Source: Octopus vulgaris
Taxonomy: Eukaryota
Reading direction: 5' to 3'
Length of the DNA: 64,000 nucleotides
NCBI GenBank assembly: GCA_951406725.2
Contig: OX597815.1
Span: 130,200,001 to 130,264,000, forward strand
Position numbers and translations under genes: made by a program. The notes beneath the pieces were generated by a model that saw only the letters and a list, made by a program, of their open reading frames with translations, was not told where the DNA came from and ran no database searches. Positions 27,300-40,839 of the stretch are shown here, piece by piece (position 1 is the stretch's first letter; each line of letters opens with the position of its first letter).

Positions 27300-27815
27300 T
27301 CTATATATATAAAACTGTAGTTGTGTGAGTGTCTGTCTCCTACGATTTAGATTCCTAACTCCTCCCACATTTTGCGGTGCAGTTTAACCAAATTCGGGTA
27401 TCTTATAGTCGTGATTAATATCGAGCCCGTCTGGCTATTAGCGCGCGTCTACGATGAGTCTACGATTTTAAAAATAATTTAACATCATTTTTTATTCCAT
27501 TTTAATGCATAATTTTTCGTGTGTCGATGGCGGCGGAGTTGGCGTCCACGCTCAAACACCTGCACCTGTGTTTGCTTCTCCCCCTTCTTCCCTCCCCCGT
27601 GAAGCTGTGGGGAAGGGAGTTTAAGGAAATCAACGTCGTAATGCATTGTCAAGGAGACCAGCGTTCTTTTAGAACAACGACTTCATGGCTTGAAGACACC
27701 AAAACAGAAATGGCTAAGAAAGCCCGAATTGGCATCTATAAAGGAAGTAACTCTCTAAAAATGCTTATATAGTTATTTCCCTTACAAACCCGAGCAACGC
27801 CGGGCGATACTGCTA

Positions 27816-27816
<1 letters not shown>
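27300..27816 (+). mobile_element. Non-autonomous Helitron
   Basis: 5' TC, subterminal hairpin CCCGAGCAACGCCGGG, 3' CTAG, inserted between A and T within (TA)n. Confidence 0.88.
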
Positions 27817-27882
<66 letters not shown>

Positions 27883-28129
27883 CAGGCCTATTCCCCCATT
27901 TTTAAGGAAGAGGTGGCTACAACAAAACACACACCAAGCATTCCATTCATTTCCAAGACAGCAAGTACTAAATATCGAAAGAACTTATTCACACACACAC
28001 ACTCACACACGCGCACACACATGAAATAACTGTAAGCTAATGAATGTAATAACGTAACCCTTGCCTTTTCATTCATTAATTTGTGTGTAAGTATGTGTAT
28101 GTACGTGTATAAATATATATACATATATA

Positions 28130-28202
<73 letters not shown>

Positions 28203-28442
28203 AAGTAATAAATTTAAAATGAAATACTTTTTCATTGCTATCTACATCTACCTTCTCTACATCTTCGTCGACTTTCTCAAGGAAAGACCACTTCTTGACA
28301 CTTCTAATAGACAGCCTCAACAACACACTTTCAGTTGTAGTTCAAACCAGAGTTTTAGTGGTAAACCTCACTGAACACTCATAGTTCCTACCTATTACTC
28401 TGTTGACGAAAACACCTCAAATATCCTGTAAATATATATATA

Positions 28443-28690
28443 TTCTTTATTTCTGAATTAAGGCTACCATTGGTTTCATGTTAAGAAGAGTAGGAAAATA
28501 TCCAAGTATCTTAACAATTTTCAAGCCGATCACATGGAGAAAGGTGTTCTCCATTTTGGAGAATGTTTTCCAAAATGGAGGCGAACACCATTCTCCGTGT
28601 GACCGGCTTGAAAAATTGTTAAGATACTTCGATATTTTCCTACTCTTCTTAACATGAAACCAGTGGTAGCCTTAATTCAGAAATAAAGAA
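28443..28690. repeat. About 248-bp hairpin made of PLE terminal sequence
   Basis: Near-perfect arms; the arm is homologous to 60985-61103. Confidence 0.88.
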
Positions 28691-28744
28691 CTTATTTATC
28701 CACCAATGCGGTGCTGAGCACTCGTTCCAACGTTCTACCTTTAC

Positions 28745-28799
<55 letters not shown>

Positions 28800-29632
28800 G
28801 TGTGTGTGTGTGTGGGTGTATGTATGTTTGTGTGCATATATATATGTGTGTGTGTGTGTGTGTACTCACATACATACATACATACATACATACATACATA
28901 CATACATACATACATACATACATACATACATACATACGTATATGTGTGTCTATACATTCTTCGTGAATGTCTCTATAATCACATAACAATTTCTTACTAT
29001 TAAATATTTAAAGCTATATATTTAGAATTAAGCAAAAATTTGAAACTTATTGCATTTGTTTTCCTTAGCACCGACGCAAGTGATGAATAAATATGATATG
29101 AAGATAAAGAATATTCTTTAATTACGTTTCTTCCAGAAAATTTGTTGTTATATGTGTGTATGTCGCTGAAATTGAAATTTTCTGAATGAGATTGCATTTC
29201 ATAACTTTGTATGCATGCATGTATGTATCTCTTCTTTATCTTTTCTTTCTCTGTCTCTCTGTCCCTCACCCTCTCTGACTCTGACTTGCTGTCTCTGTCT
29301 GTACTTTTTGTTTTCCTTCTTTCTTTCTCGGTATTTTGCATTCAACTAAGTAGCTTAGTAACTTTATGACACTGTTTTTGACATGACATCTAATGAATGT
29401 GGTATTTGGTGTCACGAGATATTCTCAACTAGATTTATTATCATAAACTTCCGTTGTTTTTCGTTTCTCATTAGATTTATTTATTGTTATTTATTTGGCA
29501 AAAACTATGTCCATATTTTGAATGAAATCTTTATTGCCATTATGGAATGTATGGCCGTCAGAATTTCTAATTGCCTTTCCCCATAAATCTGTTGAACAAC
29601 GTCCATATTGTTATTATAATTATAATTATTAT

Positions 29633-29874
29633 TCTTTTACTCTTTTACTCTTTTACTTGTTTCAGTCATTTGACTGTGGCCATGCTGGAGCACCGCTTTT
29701 AGTCGTGCAAATCGACCCCAGGACTTATTCTTTGTAAGCCTAGTACTTATTCTATCGGTCTCTTTTGCCGAACCACTAAGTTACGGGGACGTAAACACCA
29801 GCATCGGTTGTCAAATGATGTTGGGTGACAGACACACAAGCATATAACACAAACACACAAGCATATACACACAC

Positions 29875-29968
<94 letters not shown>

Positions 29969-30144
29969 CATACATATATACGACGGGCTTCTTTTCAGTT
30001 TCCGTCTACCAAATCCACTCACAAGGCTCTAGTCGGCCTGAGGCTATAGTAGAAGACACTTGCCCAAGGTGCCACGCAGTGGGACTGAACCCGGAACCAT
30101 GTGGTTGGTAAGCAAGCTACTTACCACACAGCCACTCCTACGCC
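29633..30144 (-). mobile_element. SINE family A, full length
   Basis: Homology to other copies. Confidence 0.92.
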
Positions 30145-30149
30145 TATAA

Positions 30150-30830
30150 AGGATAGAAAGACGTGGGAAAGTGCGACGCTATTCTTGGGGAGATCTTGGA
30201 CGTTAAAGATCATTTAGCTGCTCTCTTACGAAGAACTGGCAGTGCTTTGCCTGTTTGAAATAAATTATACAGGTACGGAAATGCCGTCAGCCAAGCATGT
30301 CCATGATGCGCACAGGACAACGAAACCGACCTGCATGCACTCATCCAGTGTCCTAACATTGTTGACCTATGGGTTTATGTCGAACACCTGCTGTCGCTTG
30401 TGGGACGGATCCGGCCGTCAACTGAATCCATCGTGAAGATCGCCCCGCCGCCTTCCTTTAATCAGGAAGGGCAGGTTTTCTTTATATGCCTGGTGACCGT
30501 GGTGAAAGTGTTGTATGGTGGACGAGACTAAAGGGACTGAAGACAAACACTTTCCCCTTTGGCCAATCCCTGGTCAACTTCTTCAAGTTTCACTTGAAGA
30601 GGAAAATAAGGGTAGAGGAGAAATGTTGCCTTCCAGCCAGTTTGCTGAAAGATGGATGAAAGTGGAGAGAATGGTGCAAGTGAACGGGCCTGCCCTGAGC
30701 ATACACCTCTAATTGGGGAAGTGGAAATGAGAAAAGGCACCTGCCCCAGAAATCAGGGCACTCATGGTTTTATGACACTTTTCCACGAGCAGCCCTCAGA
30801 CGTCTCCTCCCTATTGAGAATTATATATTG
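30150..30830 (+). mobile_element. Tx1/L1-clade LINE 3' remnant (CCHC region)
   Basis: ALPV*NKLYRYG..ACP*CAQDNETDLHALIQCP..LW..VVWWTRLKG..FFKFHLKRK..FAERW. Confidence 0.8.
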
Positions 30831-31063
30831 TTAAAATTTCTCCATTGTATTTAACTAAGTTACATGAAAAATCCTCACAACAACAAACACTCATACACAC
30901 ACTCACGCATTCTTTGTTTTGTCCTGTAATATGCATAATGTCTTTCTTAATGCAAACGATTTCTAGATCGATAGATTAAGTACCAGTTGAACACTGGGGT
31001 TGATGTAATCGACTATCCCCCTCCACAAAAATTCAGGCCTTGAACCTATAATAGGAAGGATTA

Positions 31064-31097
<34 letters not shown>

Positions 31098-31123
31098 TTT
31101 TTTTTCTTCTTTCAAATTTGCTT

Positions 31124-31223
31124 NNNNNNNNNNNNNNNNNNNNNNNNNNNNNNNNNNNNNNNNNNNNNNNNNNNNNNNNNNNNNNNNNNNNNNNNNNNNN
31201 NNNNNNNNNNNNNNNNNNNNNNN
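31124..31223. other. Assembly gap (100 N)
   Basis: N run. Confidence 1.
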
Positions 31224-31412
31224 AAATTCAATAGAATTTTTTACTACCCTTATATTGATTAATTAATGATCTTCTGACTAATTCTGAAATTGAATCAGCA
31301 GTTTATATTTGCTGCTGATAAGTTGGCGCGATTACAGTGGTTTTGAAAATTTAGGGTATATATTCCCGAGGCACTAATGCTACTGCCTCGTGTATATCTA
31401 TTCCTCCTTGCT

Positions 31413-31505
31413 TCTTTACCGATGAGATTGACTTGATTAAATTAAATTTAATTTAATTAGGCTGGTTTGCCATAAAGAACGTCGAAACAATGCATTGTCT
31501 AAAGA
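31413..31505 (+). ncRNA. Type I hammerhead-like motif with CCGAUGA core and extended stem II
   Basis: TCTTTA-CCGATGA-GAT...GTC-GAAA-CAATGCATTG-TC-TAAAGA; 6-bp stem I, palindromic stem III, GUC triplet. Confidence 0.7.
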
Positions 31506-31628
31506 TAAATAGGGTAAATGTTTTTTTAATTTTCCTTTAATTTCTGAATTACTACTATTTAGCGGTTTGAGTCTTGGCTACTCTTTCTAGTGGGACGAAT
31601 GGCCTATTGGGGCCGTTCCTCAATGTTG

Positions 31629-31784
<156 letters not shown>

Positions 31785-31845
31785 GCATACATATGTATAT
31801 ATATATATATATGCGTGTCTGTGTGTGTGTGTGTGTGTGTGTATG

Positions 31846-31897
<52 letters not shown>

Positions 31898-32178
31898 TGT
31901 GTGTGTGTGTGTTGTTTCAGCTTCAAAGCTGCGGTCATGCTGGGGCACCACCGTTGACTGTGCTAAATCCTTATTTGAAACCTCCTCTATGTGGCATTTG
32001 GTGAATCAGTGAGTTTGATGCTGCTGCCCTCATCTGTATTTCCTGCCGTGAGGTAGGCTCGTCTCGAACTCTTGACAATAGGAGATCCAGGTTTGTTTTG
32101 AAGACACCCACATCCACATAAGCCTGTCAGGCATATATATATCAGTGTATCTTAGTGTCTACAACTTCTACTACTACA

Positions 32179-32237
<59 letters not shown>

Positions 32238-33546
32238 CACCACCACCACCACTACCACTACCACTACTACTACCACCACCACCACCACCACCACTACTAC
32301 TACTGTTGATGTTGGTAAAGTTTGATTGTTGTTGATATGTTCCAAGATGGGCGGGCGTGGATTTTGTAGATTCGTGTGTTTCAGAAAAAGTCGTATTACT
32401 TTTTAAATTAGACGGTTCATCTTGTATCAAGTTTGTGTGGACCTGTTATACAAAGCGGTAAGAAATAATTTTTGTTTTGCTTCCCATGTGAGAAGAAAAA
32501 AAAAATTTTATGTATTTATTTATTTTTTGTTATTAGTCAGCTGCAAAAAATATCCGTGAATATGGCATCCATTGAAGTAGTGATACGTAACAAATTCCAC
32601 AAAACAGTAACAGCATGTATACTACTTTAAAAAATGTTTGATAGATTGAGAAAAAAAAACAGAAAAAGAAATTGAATAAACTTTGATAAATGTAAGAAAT
32701 AACAAGCGTCTTTCAGGGTAATAGCTGTTTTGCAAGTGTAGTGAGTCACAAAGAATTTTTCAAAAATAAAAAAAAAGGTTGGATCCAGGAGAAAAATGAA
32801 GACATGTCGATAATGTGTTATTCGCGAAAGAACTTTCTTATTAGGGAAATGGATAGAGGAACGAATACGCTTAAAGGTAACACAAGTCTGTCTTATTCAA
32901 AAAGGAGGAGACTTCAGTGTGCATTCGAAAGAAAAGTTAAAAGAATCCCTGGTTCTGTGTGGAACGATTTGATTTCACCGACTGATTTAGAAGAGATGGG
33001 AGTTATTTCTGGTTTTTAAGTCGGAGTACGAAACGAAACCAGGTAACAGACCGATTCAGTGCACTACACCCATGCTTAAAGGCCGGTGTAAATATGAGAT
33101 GGTGAAAAACAAGCGTTACAACCGGAGATATTAGTACAGGCAATAATTTTTTGTTCGTCATTAATTTTGCACCAAAATATGGTTGGGTTGTGAACGCAGA
33201 AGTAACAAGAAACAATGTCTGGTTGGATGGATATTCTTTGGTTATGATCTTAGCTAAACGGTAGCGTCTCACCTATGTGTAGGTGGATTGTTAGTATTTG
33301 TTTCTATCTGCATTTTATTTATATGTACTCATATATTTGCGTGGGCGAGCGTGCATGCGCATCAATCTAATATATGTATTATTTTGTCTAAGTTTATTTT
33401 TTATTTGTATTCATTTATCGACTCAATACATCATAAAATGTTTTTGTCTTTTGTTCTTATATAACTTGTTTGTACATCCCACACGTTCTGTGAACATTTT
33501 CATTTACATCCTTTTGATGAACGAAATGGTGGTGGATAAATGCACA

Positions 33547-33611
<65 letters not shown>

Positions 33612-33754
33612 GAACAACAACAACAATAATAAAGATAATATTAATAACAACGACAATAATAATAATGATAATAATAATAACAACAACAATAATAATGATC
33701 ATTATTTCAGCAATAATAATAATAATGATAATAATAACAGCAACAACAACAACG

Positions 33755-33824
<70 letters not shown>

Positions 33825-33827
33825 TAA

Positions 33828-33876
<49 letters not shown>

Positions 33877-33898
33877 TATTATAATAATAATAATAATG

Positions 33899-33949
<51 letters not shown>

Positions 33950-33955
33950 GTAATA
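33547..33955. repeat. (AAT)n/(AAC)n array
   Basis: Seen directly; source of the poly-N ORF. Confidence 0.95.
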
Positions 33956-33956
33956 A

Positions 33957-34215
33957 TATTTTCTTTTTTTTTGTCACAGGGACATAGATGAGTGGGATAT
34001 CACAAGGGTAGCGTACAACCTGTGGGGGGGTTACATATAAGATGGGGGGAACGCAAGGGGAGAGAGTGCGAAATGAGATGAAAGTATACATAGTATACAA
34101 AGTATGAGATAGTATGAAGATACAGAAGAAACTCCAACAAGGGCCAACCAAGAAAGCCCATAGACCCAGGATTGTCCTGACCACAAACAGAATGCGCTTT
34201 CGCCAACAGTAATGG
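33957..34215 (-). mobile_element. Putative Tx1/L1-like 3'UTR fragment ending at the (ATT)n array
   Basis: Minus-strand end CCCTGTGACAAAAAAAAAGAAAA resembles the tail at 22595-22619. Confidence 0.35.
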
Positions 34216-34278
34216 CTTCTTTTTTTAGCAACAAGAACTCGAATGATGAATTAAAATGCAATAACAATGATTCTTATT

Positions 34279-34505
34279 CTTTTGTTTCAGTCATGAGACT
34301 GCGGCCATGCTGGAGCACCGCCTTTTAGTCGACCAAATCGCCCCCAGGACTTATTCTTTGTAAGCCTTAGTACTTATTCTACCGTTAAGTTACGGGGACG
34401 TAAACACACTAGCATCGGTTGTCAAGCGTATGTTGAGGGGACAAACACAGACACAGAAACATATACATACATACATACATACATACATACATACATACAT
34501 ACATG

Positions 34506-34556
<51 letters not shown>

Positions 34557-34720
34557 TTATATATACGACTGGCTTCTTTCAGTTTCTGTCAACCAAATCC
34601 ACTCAAAAGGCTTTGGTCGGCCCTAGGCAATAGTAGAAGGCACTTGCCCAAGGTGCCACGCAGTGAGACCGAACTCGGAATAATGTTGTTGGTAAGCAAG
34701 CTACTTACCACATAGCCAGT
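34279..34720 (-). mobile_element. SINE family A
   Basis: Homology to other copies. Confidence 0.88.
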
Positions 34721-35057
34721 CTACAAAGCCGTGTGAAGTAAAGCAGATAAATTATATGAAGACAAGAGGAGATGTGGATACACACGTGCGTGCTTTAAAT
34801 CATACATTTCAGATTATTTACAAACGTTTTCCTCCTCAAATTTCTCAAAATGTAATTTAAAATTCATTAATCCTATGACAAATGTGTCTGTAAGAGAAAG
34901 TATATCATACAGAGTAGATATATCTATATTACCTTAATTCGGGACACAAGATATGCTTCGATGTGTTAGAACACAGCAAATCGGGATATTTTAGAGATAC
35001 AGTCGTATTAAAAAAAGAGACATCAATTTCATGATGAGTTAATATAGAGATAAATGC

Positions 35058-35212
35058 CTTTACGTTCTGAGTTCAAATTCTGTCGAGGTCAACTTTGCCT
35101 TTCATCCCTTCGGGGTCGATAAATTAAGTACCAGTTGCGTACTGGGCTCGATCTAATCGACTGGCCCTCTCCCCCAAAATTTCTGACCTTGTGCCTAGAA
35201 TAGAAAAGAATG
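35058..35212 (+). mobile_element. SINE family B, 5' truncated
   Basis: Homology to other copies. Confidence 0.85.
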
Positions 35213-35499
35213 TAGAGATGAAAGAACGAAAGAAAAGCGAATTCCGTTTTACTGAAGCTGTACAATGCATTTAAAGTATTCGATTAGGCAAGTAAAAGAT
35301 ACAAAATGTTCAATACCAAAGCCACTCCCACCATACAGCTATATTTAATAAATATTTAAACTCACATACAGACGCATGCGTACATGAGTATGCATAATGT
35401 ATATGTTTACCTGTCTATATACACTGGGGCGGATTCTTTTGACCAAAATTCTTCAAGGTGGTGCCACAACATGGCCACAGTCTAACGACTGAAACGAGT

Positions 35500-35548
<49 letters not shown>

Positions 35549-35754
35549 TATATACATACATAACTCGTGATACAGATGTGAAAAATCGTATAGCAATATG
35601 ACAGACGATATTGTATTTATGTATTATGTTTTTTTTTATTAACAGTCGATATACATAGATGTGTGTGCGCGTGCGTGTGTACATTTATATGCATAGTTGA
35701 TATATATATATATACACACACACACACATAGAATTATACATATATGTATGTACA

Positions 35755-36112
35755 TTCTTTTATTTGTTTCAGTCATTTGACTGCGGCCATGCTGGACCAC
35801 CGCCTTTAGTCGAACAAATCGATCCCAGAACTTATTCTTTGTGAGCCTAGTACTTATGCTATAGGTCTCTTTTGCCGAACTGCTAAGTTACGGGGATATA
35901 AACACACCAACATCGGTTGTCAAGCGATGATGGGGGGACAAACACAAACACACAAACATATAAATATATATATATACGACGGGCTTCTCTCAGTTTCCGT
36001 CTACCAAATCTACTCACAAGGCGTGAGTAGCAGACGCTGGCCCGAGGTTCCACGCAGTGGGACTGAACCCAGAACCATGTGGTTGGTAAGCAAGCTATTT
36101 ACCACACAGCAA
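35755..36112 (-). mobile_element. SINE family A
   Basis: Homology to other copies. Confidence 0.88.
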
Positions 36113-37288
36113 TGCCTGCCCTGTATATATAAAGTTTTTGCGGGGAGAAAACTTGGATGTTTTATTCAAATTCTTATATGTGAAAACATTGATTGTCGGA
36201 TTTTTGTTGTATTGAGCTTAATTGATTTAAATAAGGAATGGAATTTTAATACTTCATTAATTGTGATTTGATGTTTTTAAAACAATGCTTATTAACGTAT
36301 GTTTTAAATCTACTGCTTAATGAGCTCAGCAAAGCTATTCATATAAACCTGTCTTCCTCAGACAGTTTCGATCCTCCATACGTTCATGCAAATTAGAAAT
36401 GCTTCCTCTTTTAATTATTATTCATAGACATTTGCATGGCACATTAGATACACAACACAATCTTATTCAAAAGGGCAATTAATTTTGTAGCTTTGTCAAA
36501 ATTTAATTAATATTGTTTTTTGTTTTTTACTTCAAATTATCAAAATTTATTAACTTAATCCATTGACATTAGCCATGTGAAATCTGCGTGAGACTTATTT
36601 TTAATTTTATCAATAACTATTTCAAGCCAGTTTTCGTTATAGTTTGTTTCTTATGTAGAATGCGGAGGTTATTGTATAAAATCATAAATAGCCATTTCGT
36701 TTACGGATATTAGATTTCAAAACTCTAATCACCATTCTAATTATCTCAAGCAGCTTTTCACAGCATATTTTACAATTAACAATTAACAAGATTCTTGCCA
36801 ACAATACTGTTTGGCAATATACAAATGAAAAATAAGGCGACGAGTTGGCAGAATCTTAAGCACGCATTTCGTCCGTATTTACGTTCTGCGTTCAAATTCC
36901 ACTGAAGTCAACTTTGCTACCATCCTCACTCAAAATTGCTGGCCTTTGCCAAAATTTGAAACCAATATACAAATAAAAAATACGGTACTAAACTTTAGAG
37001 TTACCTAGTAACAGTCTGTGATCTTGTACCTCTTCTAGAATTCTTATGTAACATTATCGCTCCACATCATTCAAGAGGTAATATCTCTCGTTTTGGGGGG
37101 TGAGAGGGGGTGGGTGGAATCACTGTGTAAAGGATGTTGTGCATATTTTCCTTTTTAGTCGTCGTCATCATCATCATTATCGGAATACTACTACATGCTA
37201 ATTTAATTAGCATGGAAGTTATCTTGGTGTTTCTTCAAATCACAAGAATCTTTCTGGGGATTCTTGCAAAAACAGGATGGCATTTTTC

Positions 37289-37333
<45 letters not shown>

Positions 37334-37369
37334 TATTATCATCATTATTATTATTATTATTAATATTAC

Positions 37370-37445
<76 letters not shown>

Positions 37446-37448
37446 GAT

Positions 37449-37660
37449 AAGGCGGCGAGCTGGCAGAATCATTAGCACGCTGGACGAAATGATCAGCGGT
37501 ATTTCGTCTGCCATTACGTTCTGAGTTCAAATTCCGCCAAAGTCGACTTTGCCTTTCAGGGTCGATAAATTAAGTACTAGTTACGCACTGGGGGTCGAGG
37601 GATGTAATCGACTTAATCCCTTTCCCCAAATTTGAGGCATTGTGCTTCCAGTAGAAATCT
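37449..37660 (+). mobile_element. SINE family B inside an (ATT)n array
   Basis: Homology to other copies; (ATT)n on both sides. Confidence 0.85.
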
Positions 37661-37793
37661 AAAAATATTATTATTATTATTATCATCATCATCATTATCA
37701 TCATCATCATTATCATCATTAATATTATTATTATTATCATTATTATTATTATTATTATTATTATCATTATTATTATTATCATTATTATTATTA

Positions 37794-37825
<32 letters not shown>

Positions 37826-37853
37826 GTTGTTGTTATTATTATTATTATTATTA

Positions 37854-37900
<47 letters not shown>

Positions 37901-38488
37901 TCTCCTTTGGATCTACGAATCTATGGATATATCATGATATTAGTGTTGTTCCTACAACAAGAGACCAGAAAATGCTTTTAGTCTTCTCATTGAATGTATT
38001 CTTGCTGAAATCATATCTTTTTATATGGCAGCTAATATGCGGATTTATTTATTTATTTATATTTTTTCTCGTAAAATATTTTATCACATATGTATGTGAA
38101 AATTATATGGAAGCAACACAAAGCTGAAAAATAGCAAAGGAATAAATAAAAAAAAACGAAAGAAAAGAAAACTAAAAAAAATATTTTAAAATGTTTATAT
38201 ATAATTCCTTTCTTCTTTAGCTTTATGTACATATATAGCCATTTTGTTTTCTTGCAGTAATCTTATTTTGTTTTGCTTTCTATTCTTTTAATTTCATACA
38301 ATTATAATAGATGTGTTTCATAAACGGAATATCAAAAAAATAAAAAAGAAAAAATAGAAAAAGAAAAATGTGCTTCGAAGCTGTGTTTTCCCCCTCCATT
38401 TTAGCGACAAAATGAAACGATATGGCAAGGAACATTCTTCTACGTGTCTTATATGGCATATATATATATAAATATATATAATATAAAA

Positions 38489-38545
<57 letters not shown>

Positions 38546-38550
38546 TAAAA

Positions 38551-38599
<49 letters not shown>

Positions 38600-38845
38600 C
38601 TACCGAAATGTGTATACTTATATTCTTGATCTTTTGTTGTAATGAAACATAAAATACAATTGAAATAAAACTTTAACAAAGCTTGAAACAGCCTAATTAT
38701 TACCAGAGATAAAACATTTATTCCACATTACATTTTGTAAAGAATATTTATTCATTTATGTTATGTATATTTACCTTGTATTAACCCCACAGACCGGTTG
38801 TATGTTCCAGCTATTCCAATATAACTTCAGTTTTCTGTCTATATA

Positions 38846-39512
38846 TTGGGTCATCCGATAAATAATGCGGTTTTTTATAAATTGTATGAACTAAAAGTCG
38901 GGGCGGGACGGGATAAACTACCTGCATCAACTTGCTATAAAAGCAGGTAGTAATTATACTTTGTACTTATTCTTAGTGCAAGTTTTGAAGAGTTCTGTTC
39001 GATTTTAACAGTTATTTTTTTCAAAACTATAATAGAAGTGACAAAGGAGAATATTCAGCATATTTTGCTTTATGAGTTCAATAAAGGCTACAACGCAACA
39101 GAAAGTTCAAGGAATATTAATGCAGTATACGGGAAGTGGAAAATAAGCGTAAGCCAGTGTCAACGGTGGTTCCAGAAATTCAAAGTCGGAAACTACAGCC
39201 TAGAAGACGAGCCTCATTCTGGAAGCTCTGTAGAGCTCTACGAGGACGTCCTGCAAACCCTGGTGGAACAAAATCCGTTCGTAAATAATATGAATTCTCT
39301 AGACGAGGTCAGAACAGTACTGGAGGAGTATTTTTCTTCACGGAGAAGTGTATTTTGGTAAAGGGGCCTTGCAAGTCTAGCAGATAGATGGAAGAGCATT
39401 GTAGAAAATGAATGAGAGTATATTTTAGATTTTAAAAAATACTTTGTTTATCTTAATTTAGAAAAATAAAAGAAGTATAAAAAAAACTCACATTATTTAT
39501 GGGATGACCCAA
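38846..39512 (+). mobile_element. Internally deleted mariner transposon
   Basis: TA-TTGGGTCATCC...GGATGACCCAA-TA TIRs; HTH region (ILLYEFNKG..CQRWFQKFKVGNYSLEDEPHSG) joined to C-terminus (GLASLADRWKSIV). Confidence 0.92.
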
Positions 39513-40057
39513 TATTTTCCTTTTATTCTAATCCCGGCAAATTCCTTTCTCTGTTCAAATGTTTCGTTGCCGGATACACAAGTTTTACTTTATTATTTAA
39601 AAAAAAATTAATGCAAATAAACCGACGTTTAAACTGTCGGAATTTGTTTTAACGGGAAATATTCCTTAAAATGAAAAAAAATAAAAAAGAGAACGTCGAG
39701 GTTAATAAAAAGCGCGGGTAAACCATTAATCAATAATACGGAGAAAGATGATTAACTGTAACATCTCTGCCTTCCCGTTTTCGTCCATAACGTTTTCCGG
39801 TGTATGTTGGTACCAAGCGCCCGTTATCTCATATCCATACTTCTGGCACAGTAGCCAGTGGAGGTTTGGGGCTACTTTGTCGTGCTTGCGCTTGTACTCT
39901 TTCTGCGTAAGATGTGAATCACGCTTTCGACCTTCTTCCTACACATTCTTTTCATTCTGAGTTTAACTCCGGCCGGGGTCAGCTCTCCTTTTCTGTGGTT
40001 GGTAAAATAAGGCACCAGTCAAATCCTGGGATCGATGTTATCAACTAATCTCCTTTC

Positions 40058-40218
40058 AGTTCGATATTTGAGAGATGAGGAATTCTGTACATTATTTACA
40101 TGATTTACATTTGACGGATATTTGTCCTCAACCACTATGCCATATACCTACGGGCATAAGGCGTAGTGGTTAAGAGCGCGGGCCACAAACCCCAAGATTC
40201 CAAGATTCCAGGCAGTGA

Positions 40219-40284
<66 letters not shown>

Positions 40285-40450
40285 CAACATCGGACAAATA
40301 CCTTAGCAATGAGAACCCAGGTTCGAAATTTCCCCAAGACACCTGATGAAGGCTGGGGAGTATATCAGCCGAAACGTTGTGTTAGCAACAAACAAGATGA
40401 GGACAAACATCCATCAAATGTAAATAATGTACATAATTCCTCATCTCTAA
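40058..40450 (+). mobile_element. SINE family D with upstream inverted copy of its own tail and head
   Basis: Head at 40152 (A-box GGCGTAGTGG), (AAT)n, HHR, tail; 40058-40148 is reverse-complemented tail plus head. Confidence 0.85.
40338..40383 (+). ncRNA. Minimal type I hammerhead ribozyme, intact core
   Basis: GACAC-CTGATGA-A-GGCTG-gggagtatat-CAGCC-GAAA-CG-TT-GTGTT; palindromic AACGTT in place of stem III. Confidence 0.8.
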
Positions 40451-40839
40451 TCCCCTTTCATTAAATTTACGGAATGTTGGCCTCGAACTCTAAATTACAA
40501 GCCAATTTTAAGATAGTAAGATGGTAGAATCGTTAGAGCAGCCACATTTTCTTTTTTCCTTCATTTTTTTTTTTCACACTTTGTATTTTGAGTCCAATTT
40601 CTATCGGAATCAGCTTTGCATTTCATCCTTCCAGAGTTAAGTATTGTGGTCGACCGTACCGACTAACCCCTCTCCTCTAAATTGCTAGCACGTGCCCATA
40701 TCAGAAACAACTATTATTCATGTTGCTTCAGCAGCTTTTGTACGCGTTCCTACCGCTCGTTCCGATGCACAGCATTCTCCTCTGGACACGATGAATAACA
40801 ATTCTTTATTGCTTCGGAATCAGTATCGTTTATCTTTCG

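Noticed and set aside
32741-33019. 92-aa non-repetitive ORF
   Set aside because: GTG start, no recognisable domain and no splice support.
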